The notes under the pieces are model-generated. The model was not told the DNA's origin. It made no database searches and was given only the letters and a program-made list of their open reading frames with translations. From Candidatus Falkowbacteria bacterium (GTDB lineage: Bacteria > Patescibacteriota > Patescibacteriia > Patescibacteriales > UBA12075): a DNA stretch of 64,000 nt. The stretch covers positions 13,804 to 77,803 of the forward strand of contig DOSJ01000022.1 of the NCBI GenBank assembly GCA_003514005.1, written 5' to 3'. Positions 18,113-27,499 of this stretch are shown here, in pieces. The first letter of the stretch is position 1; the number at the start of each line of letters is the position of its first letter. Made by a program: the position numbers and the translations under genes.

Positions 18113-18316
18113 ATGAAAATCGAACATTATATTACACCGAATTTTGTAAAATACAAAAAAATAGAAGAAATTGAAAAATTAAAAAAAGACAGAGAACACA
18201 AAGAGGTCATGCCAGATGAAGACAAAAAGAAAAAAGAAAAAAAAGCTGAGCCTGACGGCAAGCAAGACCCAAAAAAATTAGAAACGCAAGAGCACATTAT
18301 CGATATCACCATATAA
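18113..18316 (+). CDS. small Lys-rich hypothetical protein
   Basis: Strong RBS AAAGGAGAA 7 nt upstream of ATG, and an intrinsic terminator immediately downstream. Confidence 0.4.
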   Translation: MKIEHYITPNFVKYKKIEEIEKLKKDREHKEVMPDEDKKKKEKKAEPDGKQDPKKLETQEHIIDITI

Positions 18317-18317
18317 C

Positions 18318-18356
18318 AAACGGATTCACTGGCATGAATCCGTTTTTCATTTTTTC
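18318..18356 (+). terminator. rho-independent terminator
   Basis: 11-bp perfect stem AAACGGATTCA/TGAATCCGTTT with 6-nt loop, followed by a T-run. Confidence 0.8.
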
Positions 18357-18437
18357 AAAAAAATATTATACAAAATAACTTAAAGATTTCAGTTATTTTT
18401 AATTTACATGAAATACCGACTTTCAGCACATAACTAA

Positions 18438-18629
18438 TCAAGATAAAATGAATAATTCTTCAATCGTAGTATTAAATTCTTTTGCAATACTCAAGGCAAG
18501 CTTTAAAGAAGGGCTGTATTTACCTTGTTCCAAAAATACGATAGTTTCTCTTCTGACTCCGACTTTTACTGCTAGTTCATCCTGAGTAAGCCCTGCATCT
18601 TTTCTAAATTGTTTTATATTATTTTTCAT
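18438..18629 (-). CDS. XRE-family helix-turn-helix transcriptional regulator
   Basis: 63 aa with a [18 protein letters not shown] Cro/C1-type HTH. Confidence 0.85.
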   Translation of the reverse strand: MKNNIKQFRKDAGLTQDELAVKVGVRRETIVFLEQGKYSPSLKLALSIAKEFNTTIEELFILS

Positions 18630-19199
18630 TTATTTGCATTCTTTGTTCGGAGCCGGATATGACGGATGCCCATGTTCTATCCATTTGCCATTCTCGCACA
18701 TCCAGGAATCTTCGCCCGAAAATACTCTGAGCATAAAAATTGATAAAAACAGAAAAATTATTATTACGCCAATCAAATACAGGCTCCTGCTATTGGTTAA
18801 TTGCATCTTATTATAGTAATAAAAAATCGCGCTATACACCAGCATTAATATACAAGTCGAAAAAGCCAGAGTTAAAGCGACCGCTTCATAATTTGGGTTA
18901 TAACCCTGAAGTGAATACAATAAAAGCATACTGATGACTGCAATCCAAGAGTAGATTTGGATTGCCATCAAGGCAGACTTTCCGCCATTCAAAATGTCTC
19001 TTTCATCGCTGATAACCTGCTCGACTTTTTTTCTTAAAAAAAGAAGGACTAAAAAACTTGCTACCAGAGTTATAGCGGGGATAAAAAAATTCTGATGAAT
19101 GATGGAAGTTGATACGACGATTGAAATTAGCATCGTCAAAAATAATTTTATTCTTTGATAAGTTTTTGTTGTCATATTTTTGTTAGATTTAGTTAACAT
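18630..19199 (-). CDS. membrane protein co-transcribed with the XRE regulator
   Basis: Four TM helices. Its stop abuts the start of the HTH gene, a DUF2178-like membrane/HTH pair arrangement. Confidence 0.45.
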   Translation of the reverse strand: MLTKSNKNMTTKTYQRIKLFLTMLISIVVSTSIIHQNFFIPAITLVASFLVLLFLRKKVEQVISDERDILNGGKSALMAIQIYSWIAVISMLLLYSLQGYNPNYEAVALTLAFSTCILMLVYSAIFYYYNKMQLTNSRSLYLIGVIIIFLFLSIFMLRVFSGEDSWMCENGKWIEHGHPSYPAPNKECK

Positions 19200-19397
19200 A
19201 TTTTTATGTTATATCAATCTAACATTTTTGTCAAGAAGTTTTATCCACAAACAAAATTTTGAGTACAAAATAATTATTTCAATATTTTTATCATCTGACG
19301 AGCAAATTTTACAAAAAAACGGTAGAACTAGTCTACCAAAGAATACCGACATTATTTTATTACCAGACCTTAATGAAGTTGCTATTAAATTCTATAA

Positions 19398-21011
19398 TTA
19401 TAATTCAAACGTTATTCTGTATCTCGGAATCTGCAACGCATCAAATCCGACAACCACTGCCTTACCATTTTCCTGCAAAAACGTATTTAGCTTTTCGATA
19501 CCTGCTGGTTTTTCATAGACTGGAGCTTCTTCGAAATCGACTGCCTCTAGCTCTTGTCTAACTTCTTCCTTGGACGTCCAATTCCCCATTGTCAGCGGGG
19601 TCGCATCAATCCACTTTTTCATCTTGGCAGTCAATTCTATAATATCCAAAATTGACGATTTATCCGGATAAATAATTGCATAAACACCTAACATAAGATT
19701 ATTATAATCCGCTTCTGTTTTATAGACACGCAAGGAATTAATCTCCTTTTTCCCCGAGATCAATTCAAAGTCTTTCTCAATAAGCACAGATGTCTTTTGG
19801 GTTCCCAGATCAGTTATTAATTTTTCCGACGCGCCCCAAAGTTTTCCTTGCTTTTCACTGGACAATGCCCCAATATCCTTGAAAATTGAAAAAAATCCGC
19901 TGCCATCCAAGGAGGCATGCTCTCCGTTTGGATAATAACTAAAGGCTCCTTCCTCTGGAATATAGCAATTAGCAAAATTAGTCCTAACCAAATTTTCGAT
20001 TAACTCTTTTGCTCTAGCCTTATCCTCCTCTAATGCGTACTGCCACACATATCTTGTCAACATATATGTGCCTTTTCCCATTTTCAGCTCCCACTCATGC
20101 CATTCGTCTAAGTCATCGACATCCGGTGCGGGTTCAGACATGACCTCAAGCGCGGTTTTGAACATTTGGCTCCCATATCGCAAAGAAAAGGACGGATTGA
20201 GATTATTTCCATCTTTATCAACAAACGCTTTAATAATTGAAGCCGTGTTGGTTAAATCTTTTTCCAACAATTTATGACCGTCTCTTGATCTTGGCCCCCA
20301 AAATCCTGTTTCCGAATCTTGATTTTCATAAAACCACTGGAGCAAAGCCTGTTTCCATTCGTCAGAAAATTTATAAAAGCCTTTCTCCTCTATTACTCCT
20401 TCGCCATTGGAATAGCTCAGTATACTTCTGGCAAACACATAGGAGGTTTGTGGAAATTTCGTAGAAATCCAACCGACATAAGCAACATCATCTAGAAACA
20501 CTTTTAATTTTTCTGGCGTATTGATTTCATCAAGATATTTCAAAAGGTATTTCAATTTAAGCGTCTGCCCGCTTTCTTTTGTCAGTGTATCCAAGTGATT
20601 TATAATATTTTCCGTAACCTCATTGTAGGTTGCATACGGATAAATATCATCAATAAAAGCTCCTGTTTTTGGATTTTGCAAATTTAGATAAAATTCAATT
20701 TCTTCATCCTTATTAGCAAACTTAGGCATCTTTATTAACCCTTTTTTGGTTTCAAATTGAGTATGTAATTTATTGAGATGCGCCAAAGCACGATAAAATT
20801 CTCCTTTGTCTAACCAGTATAAAATTCCCATCATTTTAAATTCAAAATCACCCATATAGTATCCGGCTTCCTGTAATTCTTTATTCATACGAAAAAGATC
20901 CTTGACCTGAGATTTGGTATTGAGTACTAAAAAAAATCCCGAGATTGCAAACGCTACCAAAACCAAAATAATTATAATGATTGTTTTTTTATATTTCATA
21001 CGAATAATCAT
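19398..21011 (-). CDS. hypothetical protein with N-terminal TM anchor
   Basis: 537-aa ORF, single N-terminal TM. No domain recognised. Confidence 0.4.
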   Translation of the reverse strand: MIIRMKYKKTIIIIILVLVAFAISGFFLVLNTKSQVKDLFRMNKELQEAGYYMGDFEFKMMGILYWLDKGEFYRALAHLNKLHTQFETKKGLIKMPKFANKDEEIEFYLNLQNPKTGAFIDDIYPYATYNEVTENIINHLDTLTKESGQTLKLKYLLKYLDEINTPEKLKVFLDDVAYVGWISTKFPQTSYVFARSILSYSNGEGVIEEKGFYKFSDEWKQALLQWFYENQDSETGFWGPRSRDGHKLLEKDLTNTASIIKAFVDKDGNNLNPSFSLRYGSQMFKTALEVMSEPAPDVDDLDEWHEWELKMGKGTYMLTRYVWQYALEEDKARAKELIENLVRTNFANCYIPEEGAFSYYPNGEHASLDGSGFFSIFKDIGALSSEKQGKLWGASEKLITDLGTQKTSVLIEKDFELISGKKEINSLRVYKTEADYNNLMLGVYAIIYPDKSSILDIIELTAKMKKWIDATPLTMGNWTSKEEVRQELEAVDFEEAPVYEKPAGIEKLNTFLQENGKAVVVGFDALQIPRYRITFEL

Positions 21012-21097
21012 ATTTTAGCAAAGATATGCTGGCAATACGATATTTATTTATATTTAATTTTAAATTGGATTAAATCAATCACCATCAAAATTCAACA

Positions 21098-21631
21098 CTA
21101 AGACAATTTTTCAACAGCCTTTTTTTGAATATGTACTAGATTTTCAAAAAAAGAAGTAAGAACGGCTAATTGTTCTTCATTGTATTGTTCAAGAATTAAA
21201 TTAAAATTCTTACCAAAATCTTCAACAACAGAACGCAATTCCTGTGGCATTTCTCTACCTGTAAACGGGTTAACACGAGATAATTCTTCCGACAATTTTG
21301 GAGGTCTACTTTTGAGTTTTAATATTATTTTTCTTCGGTCATTCTTGTCCGCAACCCGCACGATAAATCCACCCTTTTCCAGACGATCAATTAAGGCGGT
21401 AATGGCACCAGTGGTCAAATCGGTTAATTTCGCCAAATCACCAGCACTTACCTTGTCATTATCCAATAAATATTCAAGGCAAATGTTTTCATTAGCATTA
21501 AACCCGGAAACTCTGGCGATTTTATGCTTAATCCGATTTTCTAGAATATTTTCCTGTTGTAACAAAAAGAATAAATTATTTATCTTGAAAATTTTTTTAA
21601 TATTATTAGCTTCTTTATTAGGTATTTGCAT
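21098..21631 (-). CDS. MarR-family transcriptional regulator
   Basis: wHTH segment LAKLTDLTTGAITALIDRLEKGGFIVRVADKNDRRK, typical of MarR. Confidence 0.8.
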   Translation of the reverse strand: MQIPNKEANNIKKIFKINNLFFLLQQENILENRIKHKIARVSGFNANENICLEYLLDNDKVSAGDLAKLTDLTTGAITALIDRLEKGGFIVRVADKNDRRKIILKLKSRPPKLSEELSRVNPFTGREMPQELRSVVEDFGKNFNLILEQYNEEQLAVLTSFFENLVHIQKKAVEKLS

Positions 21632-21731
21632 AACTTTAGATTTTACTTTATAATTAAGATACTTACTAAGTAAGATAATTATATAATAAATTAATTTTTT
21701 TACAAGCCTAGTACGTCTAGGTCTAAATAAT

Positions 21732-23624
21732 ATGGCAACTAAGAAAAAATATTTAATAATAATTATCGTGGGCTTGTTTGCAATATTATTTTTTATTATA
21801 ACAACAAAAGGGAGACCAAATCAATACGAAACCGTGAAACCACAAAAAGGAGAGATTACTGCCACTGTTTTAGTTAGTGGTGAAACCGAACTTGCCTCCA
21901 GTATTGATCTTAATTTTAAAAACAGTGGTAAGTTAATCGCGCTTAATACCGAAGTCGGACAAATAGTTGGCACCGGTGAAATATTGGCTGAACAAGACGA
22001 CAGGCAACTTAAAGCTGAGATCGATTCTATGCAGGCTGATATAAATCTGCAAGTAACGAGACTTAATCAAGCCCTAGCTGGTGCATCCAAAGAAAGTATT
22101 AAGGTTTCCGAGGTAAACGTGTCCAAGACTAAAACCGCTTATGAATCGGCAATTAATAAACTAGAAAATACAAAAAAAATTTCCGAGGAAAATATTGCGG
22201 AAGCAGAAAAGAGCTACCAGGACATAATTTCTAATACTGACGCGGATATTACTACCTATGAACAGTCAGTGATAACAAACGAAACATCTCTCGAAAATAC
22301 AAAAAAAACTGTGACTCAGACAATAAGCAATAAGCTGTCATCATCTCTAATTCTAATTAAGGAAAAACTGGATTTAGCCGAAGCTGCAAATGATGCCACC
22401 CAGAAGATATTAGATGATGATGTCATTAAGTATAGCTTGAGTGTTAAAAATTTAAGCTACCTTAATTCAACCGAATTAAACCTAAGAATCGCCGGTGAAA
22501 AATTAGATGATGCCATGAGCAAGTTTACTGCAACCAGCGATTCTTCTCAAAGTGTTGACAACATAATTTCCGCCTATGGCGTAACGATTGCCTCGCTCAA
22601 CGCCAGCTATGTAGCTGCATCTGATTGTCTCCATGCCCTGATATATTCCGTAACCAGCTCTAGTTTTACCCAAAGCGACTTGGATGTCTACAAAGCATCT
22701 ATGAATACCCAGAAAGCAAATTTGACCGCCGGCATTACTGCCCTGCAAAACAGCCAACAAACGCTACAAGATGCCCAATTAAGCCAGTTAACCAGTATTT
22801 CTAACGCCGAAAAAACACTGGATCAGTCTAGAGCTAGTCTAAAAAATGCTAAACAGACTTTACTTGATGCCTTTAATCAATCTAAGCTTAAGGCCAAGCA
22901 AGACATTGGTAATGCGCAAGCGGAGGTTGATTCTAATCTGAGTTCACATGAATCTGCCCTTGCTCAATTAGAACAAGCAAAAGCGCCTTCCAGAAAAGTG
23001 GACATCGATGTTTATCGTAGCCAGATCGCCCAGGCAGAAGCATCCAAAAGACAAAAAGAAACGAACCTGGAAGACATGCTGATCCGAGCTACTGCCACCG
23101 GCACGATTTCCCAAATAACAGGCGAGGTTGGGGAAATAATATCTCCCGAAACCAAAATTATTACTTTATTACCAGTCAGTAAAATGCAAGTAAAGGTTGA
23201 TATTTCGGAAAATAATATAGCTGACATAAAAACAGGACAAACAGTTCGGATGTGGCTTGACGCTTTCGGGGAAGAAAAAATATTTTCCGGTAAAATAACG
23301 CGTACCGACCCTTCTGATTCTGTTGTCAGTGGCGCCGTGTATTACAAAACCGTTGTGGTGTTCGAGGACAATGGTGATGAATTAATAAAGCCAGGAATGT
23401 CGGTTAATGTTTATATCGATACTGCTTCAAAAGCCGATGTCTTAACATTGCCGATTAGTGCGATTAAGAATAAAAATGGAAAAAATATTATTCAGACACT
23501 GGAAAACAATCAATCTGTTGAAAAAGAGGTTACTACGGGATTAAAAGATAAAAACGGCCGCATTGAAATCGTTTCAGGTATTACTGAGTCTGATGACGTA
23601 ATCATCGGCAATAAAGCAAAATAA
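21732..23624 (+). CDS. efflux periplasmic adaptor (membrane fusion protein, HlyD/MacA-like)
   Basis: N-terminal TM, very long coiled-coil, C-terminal beta-barrel/MP domain. First gene of an efflux operon. Confidence 0.7.
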   Translation: MATKKKYLIIIIVGLFAILFFIITTKGRPNQYETVKPQKGEITATVLVSGETELASSIDLNFKNSGKLIALNTEVGQIVGTGEILAEQDDRQLKAEIDSMQADINLQVTRLNQALAGASKESIKVSEVNVSKTKTAYESAINKLENTKKISEENIAEAEKSYQDIISNTDADITTYEQSVITNETSLENTKKTVTQTISNKLSSSLILIKEKLDLAEAANDATQKILDDDVIKYSLSVKNLSYLNSTELNLRIAGEKLDDAMSKFTATSDSSQSVDNIISAYGVTIASLNASYVAASDCLHALIYSVTSSSFTQSDLDVYKASMNTQKANLTAGITALQNSQQTLQDAQLSQLTSISNAEKTLDQSRASLKNAKQTLLDAFNQSKLKAKQDIGNAQAEVDSNLSSHESALAQLEQAKAPSRKVDIDVYRSQIAQAEASKRQKETNLEDMLIRATATGTISQITGEVGEIISPETKIITLLPVSKMQVKVDISENNIADIKTGQTVRMWLDAFGEEKIFSGKITRTDPSDSVVSGAVYYKTVVVFEDNGDELIKPGMSVNVYIDTASKADVLTLPISAIKNKNGKNIIQTLENNQSVEKEVTTGLKDKNGRIEIVSGITESDDVIIGNKAK

Positions 23625-23626
23625 TT

Positions 23627-24856
23627 ATGATTACTGACATAAAAACCGCTTTTTTTATCGCGTACAAATCCATCCTCAAAGGCAACCGGTCGACGATGTT
23701 TTTGCTTATTTTTATTTTATCTCTTTCATTTCTAAACTTGATGTTCATTGCCGGTATAATGAAGGGACTGACTTCCGGTATGACCAAAAGCATCATTGAC
23801 ACGTCTCTTGGGCATATTACTATCTCACCGCAAGTTGAACCAACCAAACGCGATTACATAGACAACCAAGACCAGTTAGTAGCTGACATCAAGACGATAC
23901 CGGGAATCGTCGGGGTTACCAGACACTACAAAACAAGCGGCCAGATCAGTTTTGACAAGGAAAAGAACGGCAAATTCGAAACCGTATCCGCTTCAATTGT
24001 CGGCATAGATCCAAATGACGAAAGAAAAGTCCTAACAACTTATCAAAACATTACTTCCGGTAAATTTTTGGATGGCACAGAAACGGATGAAATTGTTATT
24101 TCTTCCAGCATAGCCGGTGGAGGAGAAATTAGCTCACCAGAAGATAATTTAGGTGGTGCTAAAGTTGGCGATCGAGTGATGATAACATTTGCCGGAGGCT
24201 ATGTACGGCATTACAAGATAAAAGGCATATTCGAAGTTTCCATGGGTGGCGCCTCCCAATCTGTATTTGTCAGCTCCAAAGAAGCTGAATCAATTCTAGG
24301 AGTATATAATAATGCCTCGGAAATTGTCGTCAGAGTGGATGAATCTCGGGATACTATTGAAAACTACTATCAAAGGATAAAGGCGATGGCTCCGAACCTA
24401 AAAATACAGCCGTATAGCGACTTGCTTTCCACGATTGGTACCATGCTTTCAGCATTTGATCTAATCGCTACTATTGTCGGAATTATTAGTATTATCGTTG
24501 CGGCAGTTACGATTTTTGTTTTAATTTATGTTAACGCAGTCAACAAAAGAAGACAGATTGGTATCTTGAAAGCAATCGGTATTAAAGAATCCATTATTGA
24601 AATATCATATATTTTTCAATCGGTCTTTTATGCCATATGTAGCGTCGGTATGGGTAGCATTTTAGTGTTCGGAGTGCTTTCGCCTTTACTCAAAGCACAT
24701 CCTATCGCCTTGCCTTTTGGCGATGCCGCACTGGTCTTTACTAATTCTAAAATAATCACATCAGTCGCCAGTATGCTCATCTCTGGATTAGTAGCAGGAT
24801 ATTTGCCTGCCAGAATAGTGGCTAAACAAAGTATTCTGGATGCTATTTGGGGATAA
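23627..24856 (+). CDS. ABC transporter permease (MacB/FtsX-like)
   Basis: N-terminal TM, large periplasmic domain, then a C-terminal FtsX-type 3-TM bundle. Confidence 0.8.
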   Translation: MITDIKTAFFIAYKSILKGNRSTMFLLIFILSLSFLNLMFIAGIMKGLTSGMTKSIIDTSLGHITISPQVEPTKRDYIDNQDQLVADIKTIPGIVGVTRHYKTSGQISFDKEKNGKFETVSASIVGIDPNDERKVLTTYQNITSGKFLDGTETDEIVISSSIAGGGEISSPEDNLGGAKVGDRVMITFAGGYVRHYKIKGIFEVSMGGASQSVFVSSKEAESILGVYNNASEIVVRVDESRDTIENYYQRIKAMAPNLKIQPYSDLLSTIGTMLSAFDLIATIVGIISIIVAAVTIFVLIYVNAVNKRRQIGILKAIGIKESIIEISYIFQSVFYAICSVGMGSILVFGVLSPLLKAHPIALPFGDAALVFTNSKIITSVASMLISGLVAGYLPARIVAKQSILDAIWG

Positions 24857-25550
24857 TTATATGATAAAAGTAAACAAAGTAAAAAAAACATACGAAGGGA
24901 AAGTCCCAACTTATGCTCTAAAAGAAGTATCATTTGAAATAGCTGAAGGGAAATTTGTGGCCCTAATGGGCAGAAGTGGTTCCGGCAAATCAACTCTTCT
25001 CCATCAACTGGGTCTCATTGATACACCGACTTCTGGAAAAATTTATATCAACAACACAGAAGTTACCGCACTTTCGGATATAAAAAAGACCTTTTTCCGC
25101 TTGAAGCATCTCGGTTACGTTTTTCAGGAATATGCGCTTATAGCCGAATTTACAGCCCTTGAGAATGTCCATCTGCCCGCACGCGCCATAGGAAACAAGA
25201 TAAACGAAGGTAGAGCTAAGGAATTACTAGAGTTGGTCGGACTAGGTAACAGATTAAGCCATTATCCTAGTGAAATGTCGGGCGGAGAACAACAACGTGT
25301 CGCCATTGCCCGTTCTCTTATCAATAGCCCCAAAGTACTTTTTGCCGATGAACCGACGGCTAATCTGGATACTGTTTCTTCTGAAACCGTCTTAAAACTT
25401 TTCCAAAAATTAAACCGTGAACTCAAACAAACAATCATTATGGTCACGCATGAACCCGACGACGTTAAATATGTCGACCAGATAATCTGGTTAAAAGACG
25501 GTGGTCTGGAAAAAATTGAGAATAATAACAAAGTTGAATTATTAAAATAG
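24840..25550 (+). CDS. ABC transporter ATP-binding protein (MacB/LolD-type)
   Basis: Walker A GRSGSGKST, signature LSGGEQQR, Walker B LFADEPT. True start is probably the Met at about 24861. Confidence 0.9.
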   Translation: MLFGDNYMIKVNKVKKTYEGKVPTYALKEVSFEIAEGKFVALMGRSGSGKSTLLHQLGLIDTPTSGKIYINNTEVTALSDIKKTFFRLKHLGYVFQEYALIAEFTALENVHLPARAIGNKINEGRAKELLELVGLGNRLSHYPSEMSGGEQQRVAIARSLINSPKVLFADEPTANLDTVSSETVLKLFQKLNRELKQTIIMVTHEPDDVKYVDQIIWLKDGGLEKIENNNKVELLK

Positions 25551-25613
25551 CACTCACTATTTAATCATTTAAATCAAATTTTCTTTTTTTGTTATTGTTC
25601 AGGTACACTTGTA

Positions 25614-26138
25614 TTACAATTTATTACTTTTATTATATTTATTAGCGAAGGCGAGAATCTCATTCATCAAGCCATCGGATGTCTTATAATTTTTTATATC
25701 CAAGGGATCTATCCAAATATAATCCGTATTTTCATCGCTTAAAACAATCTCGCCGCCAGCATAGTCACAAATAAATGTAATTCCGACTTTAAATTCATTT
25801 TTCTCATTTTCAAATGAATAAACATTAAATGGTTCACGCACCTTGACCGACAAATTAGTTTCTTCTTGTATTTCTCGATGTAAAGCCGATTGCGGATTTT
25901 CTTTTTCTTTCATGCCGCCACCGACCGTCTCCCAATAACCAGGCCAAAAACTATCCTGCTCGCTTCTTTTTACGAGTAAAATTTTACCGTCATTGTTTGT
26001 TATTATGCCCTTGACTGTTATTTTGCAATACATATAATTATCACTGTTATAATAATCAAATTTTAGCAAATTAAATTCGAACTCGCAAACTTTTGTATCA
26101 AAAAAATCACAACTTGCTTTTGTTGTGATTTTTTTCAT
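25614..26138 (-). CDS. NUDIX hydrolase
   Basis: Nudix box GGGMKEKENPQSALHREIQEETNL. Confidence 0.7.
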   Translation of the reverse strand: MKKITTKASCDFFDTKVCEFEFNLLKFDYYNSDNYMYCKITVKGIITNNDGKILLVKRSEQDSFWPGYWETVGGGMKEKENPQSALHREIQEETNLSVKVREPFNVYSFENEKNEFKVGITFICDYAGGEIVLSDENTDYIWIDPLDIKNYKTSDGLMNEILAFANKYNKSNKL

Positions 26139-26211
26139 GCACAGGATGCACGAATCAAGCCCATGCAGGAGTTTTTAAAAACCCCCGTACTACCCTTATG
26201 CTAATCCCGAC
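26139..26211 (-). pseudogene. degenerate tRNA-Trp-derived copy (anticodon loop TTTTAAA, nominal anticodon UUA)
   Basis: About 79% identical to the tRNA-Trp at 27041-27111 on the same strand. Mismatches at acceptor 1:72, T-loop changed to CTTGATT and T-stem unpaired, so likely a pseudogene. Confidence 0.4.
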
Positions 26212-26320
26212 CACCTTCCGACACAGCCAGAGCTTCTTGCCTACCAGCAGACAGGTTATTATACAAATTAAAACGGTAACAAATCTTTCGAAATGCCACC
26301 GTTTGAAATGCAAGTTATTG

Positions 26321-26878
26321 TTATGTCATGCCAAAGATAATTTTTTCATGACCTGGCCAAAGATAATCATCGTTGACATACGTTGTTCTCAACAACACCA
26401 TATGACCCCAGTTTTCTAATCTAAATAAATCCGGACATTGAAAAAGATCTTTGTCTTTTTTCACCAGTATAGATACTTGATCGTGTACCGGCTGATCCTG
26501 ATATTGCAGTCTAAGTTGCGGACCAGCTTCAACTTCAACTGGTAAACCACCAATTTTTCCTATACTTTCGAGGAGCTCGATATGAGTTCCTCTTTGACCG
26601 ATAATTTGCTCTACAGTCATCATGCAAAGATTTTTTAAAACTACCTTATTGTCCTGATTAAATTGTTTAAGTTTTAAAAAATGCTCCATATAGACTGAAT
26701 AACTCCATGTTTTTTGTATTGTTTTATTGGCTTCATCGATGTTAGGACAAAGTAGCGTTAAAAAATCACTCAAAGGGCCTCTACAATCGCATTCGATTTT
26801 TGCTAGGGCGCCCAAGAGATCCCTGCTGTTCGAATTGATTAATTCAATTGTTTTCCATATTTTTAAATTTTTAATCAC
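26321..26878 (-). CDS. hypothetical protein between the two tRNA-Trp-like sequences
   Basis: 185-aa ORF preceded by a strong sigma70-like promoter (CTTGACA-17-TATATA). No recognised domain. Confidence 0.35.
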   Translation of the reverse strand: MIKNLKIWKTIELINSNSRDLLGALAKIECDCRGPLSDFLTLLCPNIDEANKTIQKTWSYSVYMEHFLKLKQFNQDNKVVLKNLCMMTVEQIIGQRGTHIELLESIGKIGGLPVEVEAGPQLRLQYQDQPVHDQVSILVKKDKDLFQCPDLFRLENWGHMVLLRTTYVNDDYLWPGHEKIIFGMT

Positions 26879-26930
26879 GTTTCTTCTCCTTTTTCAAAAT
26901 ATATATTTAAGAGCAAAAAACAAATATTTT

Positions 26931-26968
26931 ATATATACTATATAGCATATAAGCTATATTTTGTCAAG
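26931..26968 (-). promoter_or_regulatory. sigma70-like promoter (extended -35 CTTGACAAAAT, -10 TATATA)
   Basis: Reverse complement reads CTTGACA-17nt-TATATA about 60 nt upstream of the ATG at 26878. Confidence 0.5.
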
Positions 26969-27040
26969 TCTATTGACAAGGTTCGATTTCCTTCCTCCCA
27001 CACCAAAAATCACAGCTAATATTAGCCGTGATTATTCTCG

Positions 27041-27111
27041 CACGGGATGTAGGAATCGAACCCACGCTAGAGGTTTTGGAAACCCCTGTACTACCATTAT
27101 ACTAATCCCGC
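27041..27111 (-). tRNA. trnW: tRNA-Trp (anticodon CCA)
   Basis: Reverse complement folds as a cloverleaf: acceptor GCGGGAT/ATCCCGT, D-arm GTAT-AATGGTA-GTAC, anticodon arm GGGGT-TTCCAAA-ACCTC, T-arm GTGGG-TTCGATT-CCTAC. CCA 3' end not encoded. Confidence 0.8.
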
Positions 27112-27134
27112 CCCGCCCTTCGCGAAGGGCGGGG
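27111..27134. repeat. GC-rich perfect palindrome CCCCGCCCTT-CGCG-AAGGGCGGGG abutting tRNA-Trp 5' end
   Basis: 10-bp stem with 4-nt loop. Only strongly GC-rich element in this AT-rich region. Confidence 0.85.
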
Positions 27135-27188
27135 CTGGCCCCGGTCCGACGCAATAAAGGTTTACCCCGCCCCTCACGAGGAGCTGGG

Positions 27189-27467
27189 TTATTTTATTTT
27201 TAATCTTTTTAATAATCCTACGTATGCTGAACCGAATTGTTTTAGTTTTTTTTCTCTCTCAAGGGCTAAATTATTAGTCTGATAAGATTCGTAATATATT
27301 AATTCTAGTGGTCTTCTATGTTTTGTTGATTCAACTAGTCCTTGTTGATGCTGAGCAAATCGCCTAGACAAGTCAGAACTATATCCAATATAAAACTTTT
27401 TATCTCTTCCACTGTGTAATAAATAAACATAATACATAGGAATACCATCTAATTTCAAATATCCCAT
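27189..27467 (-). CDS. GIY-YIG nuclease family protein
   Basis: YYVYLLHS...KFYIGYSSDLSRRFAQH matches the GIY...YIG motif pair in a 92-aa protein. Confidence 0.7.
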   Translation of the reverse strand: MGYLKLDGIPMYYVYLLHSGRDKKFYIGYSSDLSRRFAQHQQGLVESTKHRRPLELIYYESYQTNNLALEREKKLKQFGSAYVGLLKRLKIK

Positions 27468-27499
27468 TCCTATTCCCTAAGTACCTATGCCCTAATTAC

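Noticed and set aside
26139-26211. Interpreting the UUA-anticodon tRNA-like sequence as a functional ochre suppressor or evidence of stop-codon reassignment
   Set aside because: Long ORFs throughout the window terminate normally under the standard code. The copy has a disrupted T-loop/T-stem and an acceptor mismatch, so pseudogene is the conservative call (kept as a finding to test).
26198-26419. 73-aa plus-strand ORF overlapping the degenerate tRNA copy
   Set aside because: It spans the tRNA-like sequence and the 3' end of the minus-strand 185-aa gene, and the spacer is better explained by those features.
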